The translations under genes and the position numbers were made by a program. Source: an uncultured Chloroflexia bacterium (GTDB lineage Bacteria > Chloroflexota > Anaerolineae > JAAYZQ01). Taken from it: 64,000 nt of DNA. The notes below the pieces were generated by a model. That model made no database searches and had not been told where the DNA came from. It worked only from the letters and a program-made list of their open reading frames with translations. Each line of letters begins with the position of its first letter. Within the stretch, counting starts at the first letter, position 1. Location: assembly GCA_963700285.1 (NCBI GenBank), contig CAVOXA010000009.1:96001-160000 (forward strand), given 5' to 3'. Below are positions 18,747 to 33,337 of the stretch, piece after piece.

Positions 18747-18922
18747 CCATTCTCCCGTCGGCTGTCCTTGGAATAGAACACGACCTGCGGATAGAAGTTA
18801 CGCTGCTTCCTAGCGCATCTTTTCTCTCTGCCGGGTGTTCTATGAACATGGATTCGAGGGAATAATACCGAGACGTATGGTAGTGCCAAGACGCATGGAT
18901 AGGTTTACGGTGAGGTGGAATT

Positions 18923-20167
18923 ATGCGCAAACGAGTTGTGATCACGGGTTTGGGTGCCGTGACCCCTATTGGCAACGATGTGCCCACTTTTTGGGAGGGC
19001 CTCGTCGCTGGGCGTTCGGGTGGAGCACCTATTACTGCCTATGATGCCTCCGATCAGGCTGTCCAGATCGCTGCGGAGGTGAAAGGCTTTGACCCATTGG
19101 CCCATCTTGACCGCAGGCTGATCAATCGAACGGATCGATTCACCCAATTGGTGATGGTTGCAGCCGATGAGGCCATTACCGATTCGGGCCTGGCTTTTGA
19201 CCAAAACGGCGAAAACTGGGACGTGGGCGTCATTGTCGGCACGGGCATCGGTGGAATCGGCACGCTCATTGAAAACATGGATGTGATGCAAGAGCGGGGT
19301 CCCAAGCGGGTCAGCGCTCTGATGGTGCCGATGATGATGCCCAATGCCGGGGCGGGCCAGATTGCCATCCAGTATGGATTGCATGGCATTGCCATGTCAG
19401 TGGCTTCGGCCTGCGCAACCGGCAACAATGCCATTGGCGAGAGCGCTGAGCATATCCGGCGAGGCGCTGCCGAGGTGATGATCTGTGGTGGCGGCGAATC
19501 GGTGATGCACCCACTGACGCTGGCGGCTTTGAGCAATATGGGCGCGGTGTCGCGGCGCAACGATGAGCCGGAACGGGCCAGTCGCCCTTTTGATGCCAAC
19601 CGTGATGGTTTCTGTGATGGGCGAGGGGGCAGGCGTACTGGTCCTGGAGAGCCTGGAACACGCCCAAAAGCGCGGTGCGCACATCCATGCCGAGTTGGTC
19701 GGCTACGGTTCCAGCTGCGATGCCTTCCACATCACCGCTCCCGACGAGAATGGTACCGGCGCTGCCCTGTCGATGCGCGCTGCCCTGCACGATGCGGGCC
19801 TCGGCCCGAGGAGATCGACTATATCAACGCCCACGGCACCAGCACGCCACTCAACGACCCAATCGAGACCCGGGCCATCCACACCGCTTTTGGCGAGCAC
19901 GCCTACAAACTGGCTGTCAGCTCCACCAAGTCGATGATCGGCCACCTGATGGGCGCCGCCGGTGCGGTGGAGGCCATCGCCTGCGTAAGAATGCTGCAGA
20001 CGGGTGTGGTCCATCCGACGATCAACTATGAGACGCCCGACCCAGAGTGCGACCTGGACTATGTGCCCAACGAGGCGCGGGAGATCAACCCCCGGACCAT
20101 CCTGTCCAATTCTTTTGGGTTTGGTGGACATAACGCCACGCTTATCTTTTCCAAGTGGGAAGGCTAG
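18923..20167 (+). CDS. fabF: 3-oxoacyl-ACP synthase II (compensated frameshift at ~19611-19806)
   Basis: [37 protein letters not shown]; the MGEGAG..LESLEHA segment is in an alternative frame. Confidence 0.9.
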   Translation: MRKRVVITGLGAVTPIGNDVPTFWEGLVAGRSGGAPITAYDASDQAVQIAAEVKGFDPLAHLDRRLINRTDRFTQLVMVAADEAITDSGLAFDQNGENWDVGVIVGTGIGGIGTLIENMDVMQERGPKRVSALMVPMMMPNAGAGQIAIQYGLHGIAMSVASACATGNNAIGESAEHIRRGAAEVMICGGGESVMHPLTLAALSNMGAVSRRNDEPERASRPFDANRDGFCDGRGGRRTGPGEPGTRPKARCAHPCRVGRLRFQLRCLPHHRSRREWYRRCPVDARCPARCGPRPEEIDYINAHGTSTPLNDPIETRAIHTAFGEHAYKLAVSSTKSMIGHLMGAAGAVEAIACVRMLQTGVVHPTINYETPDPECDLDYVPNEAREINPRTILSNSFGFGGHNATLIFSKWEG

Positions 20168-20174
20168 GCGAATT

Positions 20175-21344
20175 TTGGCTTCTCAACAGAATTCAAGCCA
20201 CCGCCACGCCCACATCGTCGGTTGGGGCAAGGCCGTCCCTGACCGCGTGCTGACCAATCGACGAGCTGGCGACGATGGTGGATACCTCGGACGAGTGGAT
20301 CCGCCAGCGGACCGGCATGGCTGAGCGGCGCATCGCCGGCGAGGGCGAGACGACGTTCACGCTGAGCCTTCAGGCCGCCCAGGCTGCCCTGGAGGTGGCC
20401 GATCTGGATCCTGCTCACCTGGACCTGATCATCGTCGCCACGGTCACCCCCGACTACCCTTTTCCGTCCACGGCTTGCCTGCTGCAGGATGCGCTGGGGG
20501 CTGACAAGGCTGCTGCCTTTGACCTGTCGGCGGGTTGCTCCGGCTTTGTCTATGGCCTGAGCGTGGCCGCTGACTCTGCTGGCGGCCGGGACCTACGATC
20601 GAGCCCTGGTCGTCGGCGCCGAGACACTGTCGCGCATCACCGACTGGACCGACCGGAACACCTGTGTTCTGTTTGGCGATGGGGCCGGGGCCGTGGTGCT
20701 CCAGGCCAGCGAGGCGCCGGGCGGAATTCTTGTCGTCGGTGCTGGGCGCCGATGGCTCGGGCGGCGACCTGCTGATGCTGCCGGCCGGTGGCAGCGCCCA
20801 GCCCGCCACGATCGAGACGGTGGCTGCGCGGCAGCATTACATCCAGATGCAGGGCCGGCAGGTCTTTCGTTTTGCCACGCGCATCATGCCCGAAGCCTCG
20901 CGACAGGTGCTCGACGCAGGCCGGTCTGGACGGTTGAGGACGTGGCCCTGTTCGTACCCCACCAGGCCAACGACCGCATCCTCCAAGCGGCGGCCAAGGG
21001 CCTGGGCGTCCCCGGAGAGCGATGTTCTCCAACCTGGCGCGCTATGGCAATACCTCGTCGGCTTCGATCCCCATCGCCCTGTGCGAGGCCATCGAGCAGG
21101 GTCTGGTCAACCGGGACGACGTGATCGTCTGCGTCGGCTTTGGCGCGGGGCTGACCTGGGCGGCGTCGGCCATCCGCTGGAGCTTGCCGCTGCCGGTGCC
21201 GGCGCCCTCGCGGCGGATGACATTCTGGCGACGGCTGCGCTACCGCTGGGCGAAGATGCGCTCCTCGTGGCGGCGGCTGTGGCGGCGGGTGGATGCCCGG
21301 CTGTTCCAGATCCTGTACGACCGGGACGGAAACGGAAGCGGTGA
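20175..21344 (+). CDS. fabH: 3-oxoacyl-ACP synthase III, broken by several indels (probably sequence errors)
   Basis: Fragments in different frames: [51 protein letters not shown]. Confidence 0.85.
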
Positions 21345-21387
21345 TCATCCTGTCTTCTTTCCAACGAACAGGACAAAAAGACCGAGA

Positions 21388-22917
21388 ATGAGTAGAGCAG
21401 CGATCGAACGGTTACGGGATCTGGAGGCGCAGGCGCGGCTGGGGGGTGGACTGGCGCGCATCGAGCAGCAGCACGCCAAGGGCAAGTACACGGCCCGCGA
21501 GCGGCTGGAAATCCTGCTCGACCCCGGTACCTTCCAGGAGATCGATGCCTTTGTCCGCGAGAACCAAGACGACGCCCTGGGCGACAGCGTGGTCACCGGC
21601 TGGGGGCGATCGATGGCCGAGCCGTCTATGTCTTTGCCCAGGATTTCACCGTGTTGGGCGGCTCGGTGGGCGCGGCCCACGGGCGCAAAATCTGCAAGGT
21701 GATGGACCTGGCCCTGGCCAATGGCGCGCCCCTGATCGGCCTGAACGACTCGGGCGGGGCGCGCATCCAGGAGGGCGTCGACGCCCTGGCAGCCTATGGC
21801 GAGATTTTTTATCCGCAATACCATCGCTTCAGGCGTCATCCCCCAGATTTCGGTCATCCTGGGACCGTGCGCCGGGGGCGCGGTCTATAGCCCGGCCATC
21901 ACCGATTTTACCTTCATGGTGCAGGCAAACAGCCACATGTTCATCACCGGGCCGGATGTGGTGCGGGCAGTGACCCGCGAGGAGGTCAGCTTTGAGGCGT
22001 TGGGTGGCGCGGAGGTCCACGGTCAAAAGAGCGGCGTGGCCCACTTTGTCTGTGAGGACGAGGAGCCGACCCTGGCACGAGGTGCGGCGGCTGCTGGGCT
22101 TTCTGCCGGGCAACAACGCCGACGATCCACCCTGGCGCGAGCCCTCCGATCCGCCCGACCGCCTGGCGCCTGAACTGGACGATGCTGGTGCCGGAGGCAC
22201 CCGATCGGGCCTACGACATGCGACGGGTGATCCAGGCGGTGGTGGACGATGGCGATTTCATGGAGGTGCATGCCGGATTCGCGCCCAACCTGCTGGTGGG
22301 CTTTGCCCGGCTGGGTGGGTACCCGGTGGGTATTGTCGCCCAGCAGCCCGAGACGCTGGCCGGGGTGCTGGACATCGACGCCAGCGACAAGGGGGCGCGT
22401 TTTATCCGCTTCTGCGACTGTTTTAACGTCCCGCTGGTGACGCTGACCGATACGCCCGGTTTCTTGCCCGGCGTGGCGCAGGAGCACGGCGGCATCATCC
22501 GCCACGGGGCCAAGATGATTTTCGCCTACGCCGAGGCGACGGTGCCCAAGCTGGCGGTGGTCACTCGCAAGGCCTACGGCGGGGCCTATATTGTGATGAG
22601 TTCAAAGCACCTGCGCGGCGACGTGAACCTGGCCTGGCCCGGCGCCGAGATCGCGGTCATGGGGCCCGAGGGTGCAGTCAATATCCTTCATCGGAAAGAG
22701 CTTGCGGAGAGCCGACGATCCAGCGCTTCTGCGGTCCGAACTGATCGCCGACTACCGGAGGCAGTTTGCCAATCCCTACGTCGCAGCGGCGCGGGGTTAC
22801 CTGGATGCGGTCATTGTCCCGCGGGAGACGCGGCCCCGGCTGATCGCCGCGCTCAAGACATTGAGTGGCAAGCGCGCTTCGCTACCGATGAAGAAACACA
22901 GCAATATTCCGCTTTGA
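21388..22917 (+). CDS. Acyl-CoA carboxylase carboxyltransferase (PccB/MmdA type), broken by several indels
   Basis: [61 protein letters not shown] across frames. Confidence 0.88.
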
Positions 22918-22943
22918 ACCTACCGTAAACTGGAGGGTGGTAA

Positions 22944-23162
22944 GTGATACGTTCGAATATGATGAAAACGTCGATGAGGGCAGAGCAGGTACAGGTAAAG
23001 GACAGTTTGGATGACGGGGCAATGCTGGCGGCCGTGCTGGCAGCGGCACTGGTAGAGTATGGGAGATACTTGGAAAGGTCCAATCGGCATAACGGTGTAC
23101 AAGACGCTGCGGGCAACTGGCGAATACTCGCTCACCTGGATCGCCTACAGGGAAGGGCATGA
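22944..23162 (+). CDS. Small acyl-CoA carboxylase epsilon/delta-like subunit
   Basis: AAVLAAAL helix then a NWR motif; lies between the carboxyltransferase and biotin carrier genes. Confidence 0.55.
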   Translation: MIRSNMMKTSMRAEQVQVKDSLDDGAMLAAVLAAALVEYGRYLERSNRHNGVQDAAGNWRILAHLDRLQGRA

Positions 23163-23662
23163 AGTACTCTGTTACAGTTGGTGGGCAGTCTTTTGATGTC
23201 GAAGTTGATCACGACCGCTTGGTGTGGGTTAACGGCCGCCCGCTTAACGTAGAATTGGAACAGGTTGGGGGATTGCCGGTCTATTCCCTGGCGCTGGACG
23301 ACGCCGGCTATGTGCTCTTTGTCGAAAAGAAGCGAGAAGAGTACCTGGTAGAGGTACAGGGCCAGCTCTATCCGGTCGAGGTCCAGTTGCAGCGACCGCA
23401 GCTGGGAACCCGGCGTGACAGTTGTCCAGATGGTGACGGGGCCTGCTTGACGATCAGCGCGCCACTGCCGGGACGTTTGATCTCGTTGCCCGTCGCGATT
23501 GGAGACCAGGTTGAGACGGGGCAGGTGGTGGCTGAAGTTGAGTCCATGAAGATGCAGATGGAACTGAAGGCTCCCTTGGCAGGTGTGGTGGAGGTAGTCC
23601 ACGGGCCAGTGGACAGGGATGTGGATCAGGGTGAAGAACTGGTCGCCCTCCGGCCACTGTAG
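23159..23662 (+). CDS. Biotin carboxyl carrier protein
   Basis: APLPG...GDQV..GQ....ESMKMQ.E..AP..G; ATGA overlap with the upstream gene. Confidence 0.9.
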   Translation: MKYSVTVGGQSFDVEVDHDRLVWVNGRPLNVELEQVGGLPVYSLALDDAGYVLFVEKKREEYLVEVQGQLYPVEVQLQRPQLGTRRDSCPDGDGACLTISAPLPGRLISLPVAIGDQVETGQVVAEVESMKMQMELKAPLAGVVEVVHGPVDRDVDQGEELVALRPL

Positions 23663-23724
23663 CGACCGCCAAGCCGGCTGCAGTTTTGTGGACGGAGAAT
23701 CAAGGCTGATCAACAGGGAAAGCC

Positions 23725-24219
23725 ATGGAAACTGAACGAGAGGTTGGGGCTCTGCTGGCTGCATTGGGCTTGACCCTTGCCACGGCTGAATCGTGTACGG
23801 GCGGTCTGCTGGCTCACCGCATCACGAACGTGCCGGGTAGTTCGGCCTACTATGTGGGGGGGCTTGTTGCGTATGCGAATGAAATGAAAGAAGCATGCCT
23901 GGATGTGCGGCCCGAGACTCTCTTGGCCCATGGCGCCGTCAGTGAGGAGACGGTACTGGAGATGGCCCGGGGCGCCCGAGCGCGGATGGGGGCTGACGTG
24001 GCCCTCGCCACCACAGGCATAGCCGGGCCTGGTGGGGGCACAGCGGAAAAGCCTGTAGGCTTGGTCTATGTGGCTCTGTCGGCGGGTGATATGGAACGAT
24101 GCGAGCAGCACGTTTGGTCAAGTGACGGCTTTGTTGATGAGCGTTTGGCCAACAAGGAGAAATCGGTTGACGCAGTCCTGGGACTACTCCTTGATTACTT
24201 GCGGGGACCAGGGAAATGA
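23725..24219 (+). CDS. cinA: CinA C-terminal domain / NMN deamidase (PncC)
   Basis: AESCTGG, PGSS, Y.NE.K, HGAVS, TGIAGP.GG..KPVG. Confidence 0.9.
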   Translation: METEREVGALLAALGLTLATAESCTGGLLAHRITNVPGSSAYYVGGLVAYANEMKEACLDVRPETLLAHGAVSEETVLEMARGARARMGADVALATTGIAGPGGGTAEKPVGLVYVALSAGDMERCEQHVWSSDGFVDERLANKEKSVDAVLGLLLDYLRGPGK

Positions 24220-24485
24220 AGGCCCAGTTTGTGAATGAGGCAGTCAGCGTGGAAGTCACGCCTTGCCGGGCAGGGGAGAGCCGTCCGCTGGAATTTGTTT
24301 GGGGGGGAAGGCGGCTGCAAATCGAATCGTGGGGCCGAGAAGGCGCGACAACCCTGGGGGACCGTGCCGTGCACTGCCACCTGGTCCAGACGGCTGGCCC
24401 CGAAACCTGGGAACTGTGTCAGGACATAGAAACGGCCCAGTGGACGCTTGTACGTCACTGGGCCCGAAACGATCCGGTTGCCTGA
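24216..24485 (+). CDS. Second DUF6504-like small protein
   Basis: ATGA overlap with cinA; P..FVWGGR..I..WG...H.VQT....WEL..D....W.L pattern. Confidence 0.55.
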   Translation: MKAQFVNEAVSVEVTPCRAGESRPLEFVWGGRRLQIESWGREGATTLGDRAVHCHLVQTAGPETWELCQDIETAQWTLVRHWARNDPVA

Positions 24486-24488
24486 GGA

Positions 24489-24959
24489 CTAGTTTGCTTT
24501 ACTGGCTACCCGTTCGCTAAAACTCTGCACGTTGATTATCGCTCTCTGGTGCACGCCGTCCCCCACGAGTTCACGCGCGCCTTCGGAGCTATTGGGTGGT
24601 CCCTCGTACACTCTGACGCGGAAGCTCAATCTCCTCCCCTGAACCTCCACCAACTCGGAAGTAGCGATAACCTGCCAACCCAAGGCTGTTGGGGCCAGAT
24701 GTCGAATGTCCAGACTGGCGCCGACAGTGCGGTATCCCTCCGGTAGAAGGTGATCCACCGCGGCCACACTCGCTTGCTCCATCAGGAGGACCATCTGCGG
24801 CGTGGCCAGCACTTCTACTGCGCCACTTCCCAGGTGCTGAGCGGTGTGCTCCGACGCAACAATGAGCTTGACCTCGCCCTGCAGCCCAGGTTGGATGGCG
24901 GCAAAGCAATCACTTGCTTTGGATACAGTTGGGGGCTCGGGCCTTTCAGCACGGGTCAT
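24489..24959 (-). CDS. Hotdog thioesterase (FlK-like)
   Basis: GSG..VLATP.M...ME, TVG....HLAPT, G.HQR. Confidence 0.88.
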   Translation of the reverse strand: MTRAERPEPPTVSKASDCFAAIQPGLQGEVKLIVASEHTAQHLGSGAVEVLATPQMVLLMEQASVAAVDHLLPEGYRTVGASLDIRHLAPTALGWQVIATSELVEVQGRRLSFRVRVYEGPPNSSEGARELVGDGVHQRAIINVQSFSERVASKAN

Positions 24960-25345
24960 GCTTCGGGTTCGGGATCCGCCTCTGGATCTTTCGCAGCCGG
25001 TGCCTTGGATTCTATGGAGGCGAGGAACCTTGAAATGCCTTTGTTCAATTCACTGAGGCCGGTGACCAATCCACGCTCAAACTCATCGGCCAGATCACTC
25101 TCACGAGCGCGGTCTACGGCCTCTTTGACCTGGCCACTGAACTGCTTGGCTGTTTCGCTTTCCTGGGCTGTAGAGATTGCTGCGTTGACCTGCTGGCCCA
25201 GCTCCATGACTCCAGCACCAATCTCTTGCCGTAGCTTGCGGCTGTCTTCGCTCTCCCACATGGCCTTTACCGCTGTACTCAGTTGCTGGCCCAAGGCGTG
25301 GAATTCCTCCAACAGTCCGCTGTCTGACTTTTTCTCTTCAGTCAT
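24956..25345 (-). CDS. Hypothetical helical / coiled-coil protein
   Basis: ATG at 25345 with AGGAGG RBS; ATGA overlap with the thioesterase. Confidence 0.7.
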   Translation of the reverse strand: MTEEKKSDSGLLEEFHALGQQLSTAVKAMWESEDSRKLRQEIGAGVMELGQQVNAAISTAQESETAKQFSGQVKEAVDRARESDLADEFERGLVTGLSELNKGISRFLASIESKAPAAKDPEADPEPEA

Positions 25346-25450
25346 TGCCGCTTCCTCCTTGTAGGATGGGAATCTATTCTGGGCCCGTTTGGGCAATCGC
25401 CCATACCCCTGATTGTCATCCTCTATACGCAACAAATACAAAAAGGTTCT

Positions 25451-25567
25451 TCTGGCAACGACCTACTCTCCCAGGGACCTTCGTCCCAAGTACCATCGGC
25501 GCTGGAGGGCTTAACTGCCTGGTTCGGTATGGAGCAGGGTGTTTCCCCTCCGCTCAAGTCACCAGAA
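25451..25567 (-). rRNA. rrf: 5S rRNA
   Basis: Conserved 5S segments (GCCGATGGTACT, GAGAGTAGGTCG); terminal stem extended by flanking inverted repeats. Confidence 0.95.
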
Positions 25568-25676
25568 GAACCTTTTATGCTATTGTTGACGGCAACGAAG
25601 GACTGAGTTCGTTGCACACGATCTGACACCTTCAAAACTGAACAGGATGCTCGGCATAGACGCCGATTCACGCTAG

Positions 25677-28703
<3,027 letters not shown>

Positions 28704-28997
28704 CGTGAATTTGCGTTGATACGCTTTACATCCTGTTCAGTTTTTAAGGTGCCAGACCTTTTCTATCCTAGCGATTCGCTGCTAGCCGCTGGAGACTGGG
28801 TCTCCACTCATCCTCCAGCGGTCAGAGGCGAATCAGCGATTCTACCTGGGCCTCACGTTGGGCGCAAAAAGAGCCCGGCATATGCCAGGCTCCTCGCCTC
28901 GTCATATGTCCTACTGTTACCGGTATTCGATTACGTCTCCAACGTTTTCTATCTTCAGTCGACCCGATCTCCAGCGGATCATGCTGCGCAACTGCTC

Positions 28998-29074
28998 TGG
29001 TGGGCCATTCTGGACTTGAACCAGAGACCTTTCCCTTATCAGAGGAATGCTCTAGCCGACTGAGCTAATGGCCC
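28998..29074 (-). tRNA. tRNA-Ile (GAT) in the ITS
   Basis: GGGCCATTAGCTCAG...CTGATAA...GGTTCAAGTCC...GGCCCACCA cloverleaf. Confidence 0.95.
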
Positions 29075-29185
29075 ATGATGGTAAGCGACCTTAACAACTG
29101 AAAAGTGATAGGAAGACGGCTTTACTTTGGGTACAACCGATGGAGGTAGACGCTCGACCTGTCGGCCGAGCAGTCAAATCTCCCT

Positions 29186-30689
<1,504 letters not shown>

Positions 30690-30791
30690 TCACTCTCAAA
30701 GTTTTAAGCCCAAACTATGTTTGGGGCCCAAAGTTGTCGCGCACCTTCCTATCACTCTTCAGTTGTTAAAGTCCATCTCACGCGAAGACAA

Positions 30792-31237
30792 ACTATACCA
30801 CATTCGCATTCGACTGTCAAATGCTGGCTCTACCGTGTCCGGCGAACCGTCTGTCTCCCCGCTGGCTTGTCAAAGTCCGTTGCCACCCGCACAGCCAGAA
30901 ACTGCTGCCAGCAACAAGGCGCGATTCTATCACACTCGCGAAAGCCTGTCAAACGCGGACCACACTGTGTCCAGCGGCCCGCCTGTCCTCTGCCGACTTG
31001 TCAAGGCCCGTTACTGCCACCCGCACGACCAAGAATCGCTGCCAGCAACGAGGCGCGATTCTATCATACTCGCGAAACCCTGTCAAATTAGGAACTGAAT
31101 GAGGAGGCACAATGGAACCAGCAGATCTCAGCCTAACGACCTGCTGATCATTACCGCAGCGTATTCTCTCCGCTGGCCACATAGTGTTTAAGGTACGATG
31201 ATAAATCTATTGTATCAGAGGATCCGGCGATTGTCAA
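30792..31237 (-). promoter_or_regulatory. Four tandem sigma70 rrn promoters
   Basis: TTGACA-17 bp-TATAGT (30792-30820), -TAGAAT (30924-30952), -TAGAAT (31058-31086), -TACAAT (31209-31237), all with extended TG. Confidence 0.8.
30815..31086. repeat. Imperfect tandem duplication, ~133 bp x2
   Basis: Shared blocks tgtgtcc/cgtgtcc, cttgtcaa, tgccacccgcac and gctgccagcaac.aggcgcgattctatca.actcgcgaaa.cctgtcaaa recur 132-134 bp apart. Confidence 0.85.
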
Positions 31238-31399
31238 GTCCTCGAACGTTAAAAACACGATAAATTCCCACCCAATTGTCGCCATGTCTTCAACCAAACC
31301 AGGCAAACAGGGCCCGTAGCCGAAGAACCTACACTCTATCCGAGGATGCTCTGGATCCCGTTGGGAGCTGGGGGACGGAGCGAGTCTGTGGATAGATAC

Positions 31400-31615
31400 C
31401 TAACCGATGATAAAGACCAATACGATCAGAAGCACCAGGAGTGCCACGGCAATGAGGGCAATGCGCCGAAGGTCCTCGAGGACGTAGTGATACTCTTCCG
31501 AGAAGTTGATCTCCTTGGCAGGGCCCTCAGTTTGGGGGCGTGCCGGCCGGGAGACACGTACTGGTTGGGCTACAGTAGAAGCCTGACGACGGGCTCGACG
31601 CGATTTCTTTGCCAT
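31400..31615 (-). CDS. Small basic protein with C-terminal TM helix
   Basis: MAKKSRRARR...FSEEYHYVLEDLRRI followed by a hydrophobic tail; GAGG RBS. Confidence 0.75.
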   Translation of the reverse strand: MAKKSRRARRQASTVAQPVRVSRPARPQTEGPAKEINFSEEYHYVLEDLRRIALIAVALLVLLIVLVFIIG

Positions 31616-31712
31616 ACTGAATTCTAACCTCTGCAAATGGATTCGGTTCTTGGGTGGGCCTGGTGGTTCGCAGGTCTACCCCATCAGGGCCCATTATAGC
31701 CAATACTGGCGG

Positions 31713-33320
31713 CTAGTCAAGGTTTGATCGTGCCAATCTCCGCCGGACCAAGTCGCGTATGAGCTGGGCCTCGTGCACACCGAGCAAGTTGATCAGTACC
31801 AGGTAGGCAAGGAACCCGACTACTCCTACGACACCGACTGTGACCAGGCCGGCGACAATCCCACCGGTGGGTTCGAGCCCACTTGCGCCCACCAGCCGGG
31901 TTATGCCGGCCAGCGCAAGTGCCATAAAGCCCACCATCACGCCACTGGCTAGCAGAGATTTCACCAAGGTCCTGCCCAGGTGCTGGCCGGCCAGGCCCTT
32001 GACCTGGCGTTGGGTCAGGATCAGCATCACCGTGACATGACCAAAGTGCTTGGCCGAGTCGGCGAGGACAAGGCCTAGAAAACCCAGAGGACCGATCAGC
32101 GTCAGGGCCACAACCAGATAGACGCCTACGCTGAATATGCCGACCAAGGCTGGCGTGAGGGTATCTTGCCGGGCAAAGAAGGCGTAATTCAACGGCCAGT
32201 CTATGGCCGCAAAGACGAGTCCCGCCAGGTACAAGCGGAGTGCCCATGCCGTCCAGTAGGTGTCGTGGGCAGTGAACTTGCCGTGCTGGAACAACAAGGC
32301 TACGATGGGCTGGGCCAGTACCAAAAGGCCCAGCGTGGCCGGCACGACGAGCACCAAAACCAGCCGCAACCCCATGCCCAAGGTTTGGCGGAATCCACTC
32401 CAATCACTTTGAGTACTCAATCTTGACAGAGTGGGCAGCACGGCCAATGAGATGGCTACGGCCACCAAGCCATGGGGCATTTGAACCAGCGTTGTCGCCC
32501 GGTCCATCCACGCGATGCTGCTTTCCCCGGTGGATGAGGCCAGCCGCCGGTCAATGGCGATCTGTATGTTGCTGACAAGCAGGCCGAATGCTATGGGCAA
32601 ATAGAGGCGCAGAATACGTCGCAGGGCAGGATTGGCGAGGTCGATGCGAAACTGAAAGCGCACGTCGCGCAGGTCAGGGATCTGAATGAGGAGCTGCAGC
32701 ACCGAGCCCAGAACAACGCCTACGGCCAGACTGAAAGCATCTAGTCGGCCGGACAACAAGGGGACGGCAACGATGACGCCCAGGTTAAAGACCGCTGCGC
32801 CAAAGGCGGGATAGGTGAAGCGCTTGAGGGTGTAGAGAAGGCCGGTCACCACCCCTGACAGGCCAAAGAAGAGCATGGCCGGGGCGATGATGCGGAGCAT
32901 GGTTGCCAGCGCAGCCTGCAGTTCGGGCTCAAAGCCGCCACCGAGCAGCCAGGCTACCTGCGGGGCAAAGACCTCCAGCAGCATTACGATCGCGGCCAGC
33001 ACCAGGGCGGCCAAACTCGCCAGGCGACTGAACAGCGCCCACAGGGCAGCGCGTCCCTCCAATTCTTCCACTTGGCTAAAGACAGGAACCAGTGCTGCGC
33101 TGAGCATGCCCCCAATGAGCATCTCGTATATCATCTTGGGGACGATGGCCGCAATGCCAAAGGCGCTGACCAGGCCACTCGCCCCAAAATAGTAGGCGAT
33201 GATCTGCTCCCGGGCCAGACCAAGCACCCGGCTGGCGATATTGCCTATGGCGATGATGCCTGCCGCCTGAGCAATATCTCCCTGCTCAGTTGTCGAAGGT
33301 TGGGTAGAGGCTTGACTCAC
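31713..33320 (-). CDS. murJ: Lipid II flippase MurJ (MviN)
   Basis: SRVLGLARE, GMLSAALVPVF, many TM segments, F..G.F...DT, FFARQDT.TP. Confidence 0.92.
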   Translation of the reverse strand: MSQASTQPSTTEQGDIAQAAGIIAIGNIASRVLGLAREQIIAYYFGASGLVSAFGIAAIVPKMIYEMLIGGMLSAALVPVFSQVEELEGRAALWALFSRLASLAALVLAAIVMLLEVFAPQVAWLLGGGFEPELQAALATMLRIIAPAMLFFGLSGVVTGLLYTLKRFTYPAFGAAVFNLGVIVAVPLLSGRLDAFSLAVGVVLGSVLQLLIQIPDLRDVRFQFRIDLANPALRRILRLYLPIAFGLLVSNIQIAIDRRLASSTGESSIAWMDRATTLVQMPHGLVAVAISLAVLPTLSRLSTQSDWSGFRQTLGMGLRLVLVLVVPATLGLLVLAQPIVALLFQHGKFTAHDTYWTAWALRLYLAGLVFAAIDWPLNYAFFARQDTLTPALVGIFSVGVYLVVALTLIGPLGFLGLVLADSAKHFGHVTVMLILTQRQVKGLAGQHLGRTLVKSLLASGVMVGFMALALAGITRLVGASGLEPTGGIVAGLVTVGVVGVVGFLAYLVLINLLGVHEAQLIRDLVRRRLARSNLD

Positions 33321-33337
33321 GAGCGTCCAAGCCGCGC

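Noticed and set aside
21022-21702. Apparent FabH-carboxyltransferase fusion ORF
   Set aside because: Probably produced by an indel near 21335; a TGA at 21342-21344 and a separate ATG at 21388 are present
18923-22917. Programmed frameshifting or true pseudogenes in fabF, fabH and the carboxyltransferase
   Set aside because: Indels are numerous, mostly not at slippery sites and confined to one patch with intact catalytic motifs; consensus error is more parsimonious
30815-31086. Tandem repeat as a CRISPR array
   Set aside because: Two ~133-bp diverged units with no unique spacers and no cas genes; explained by promoter duplication
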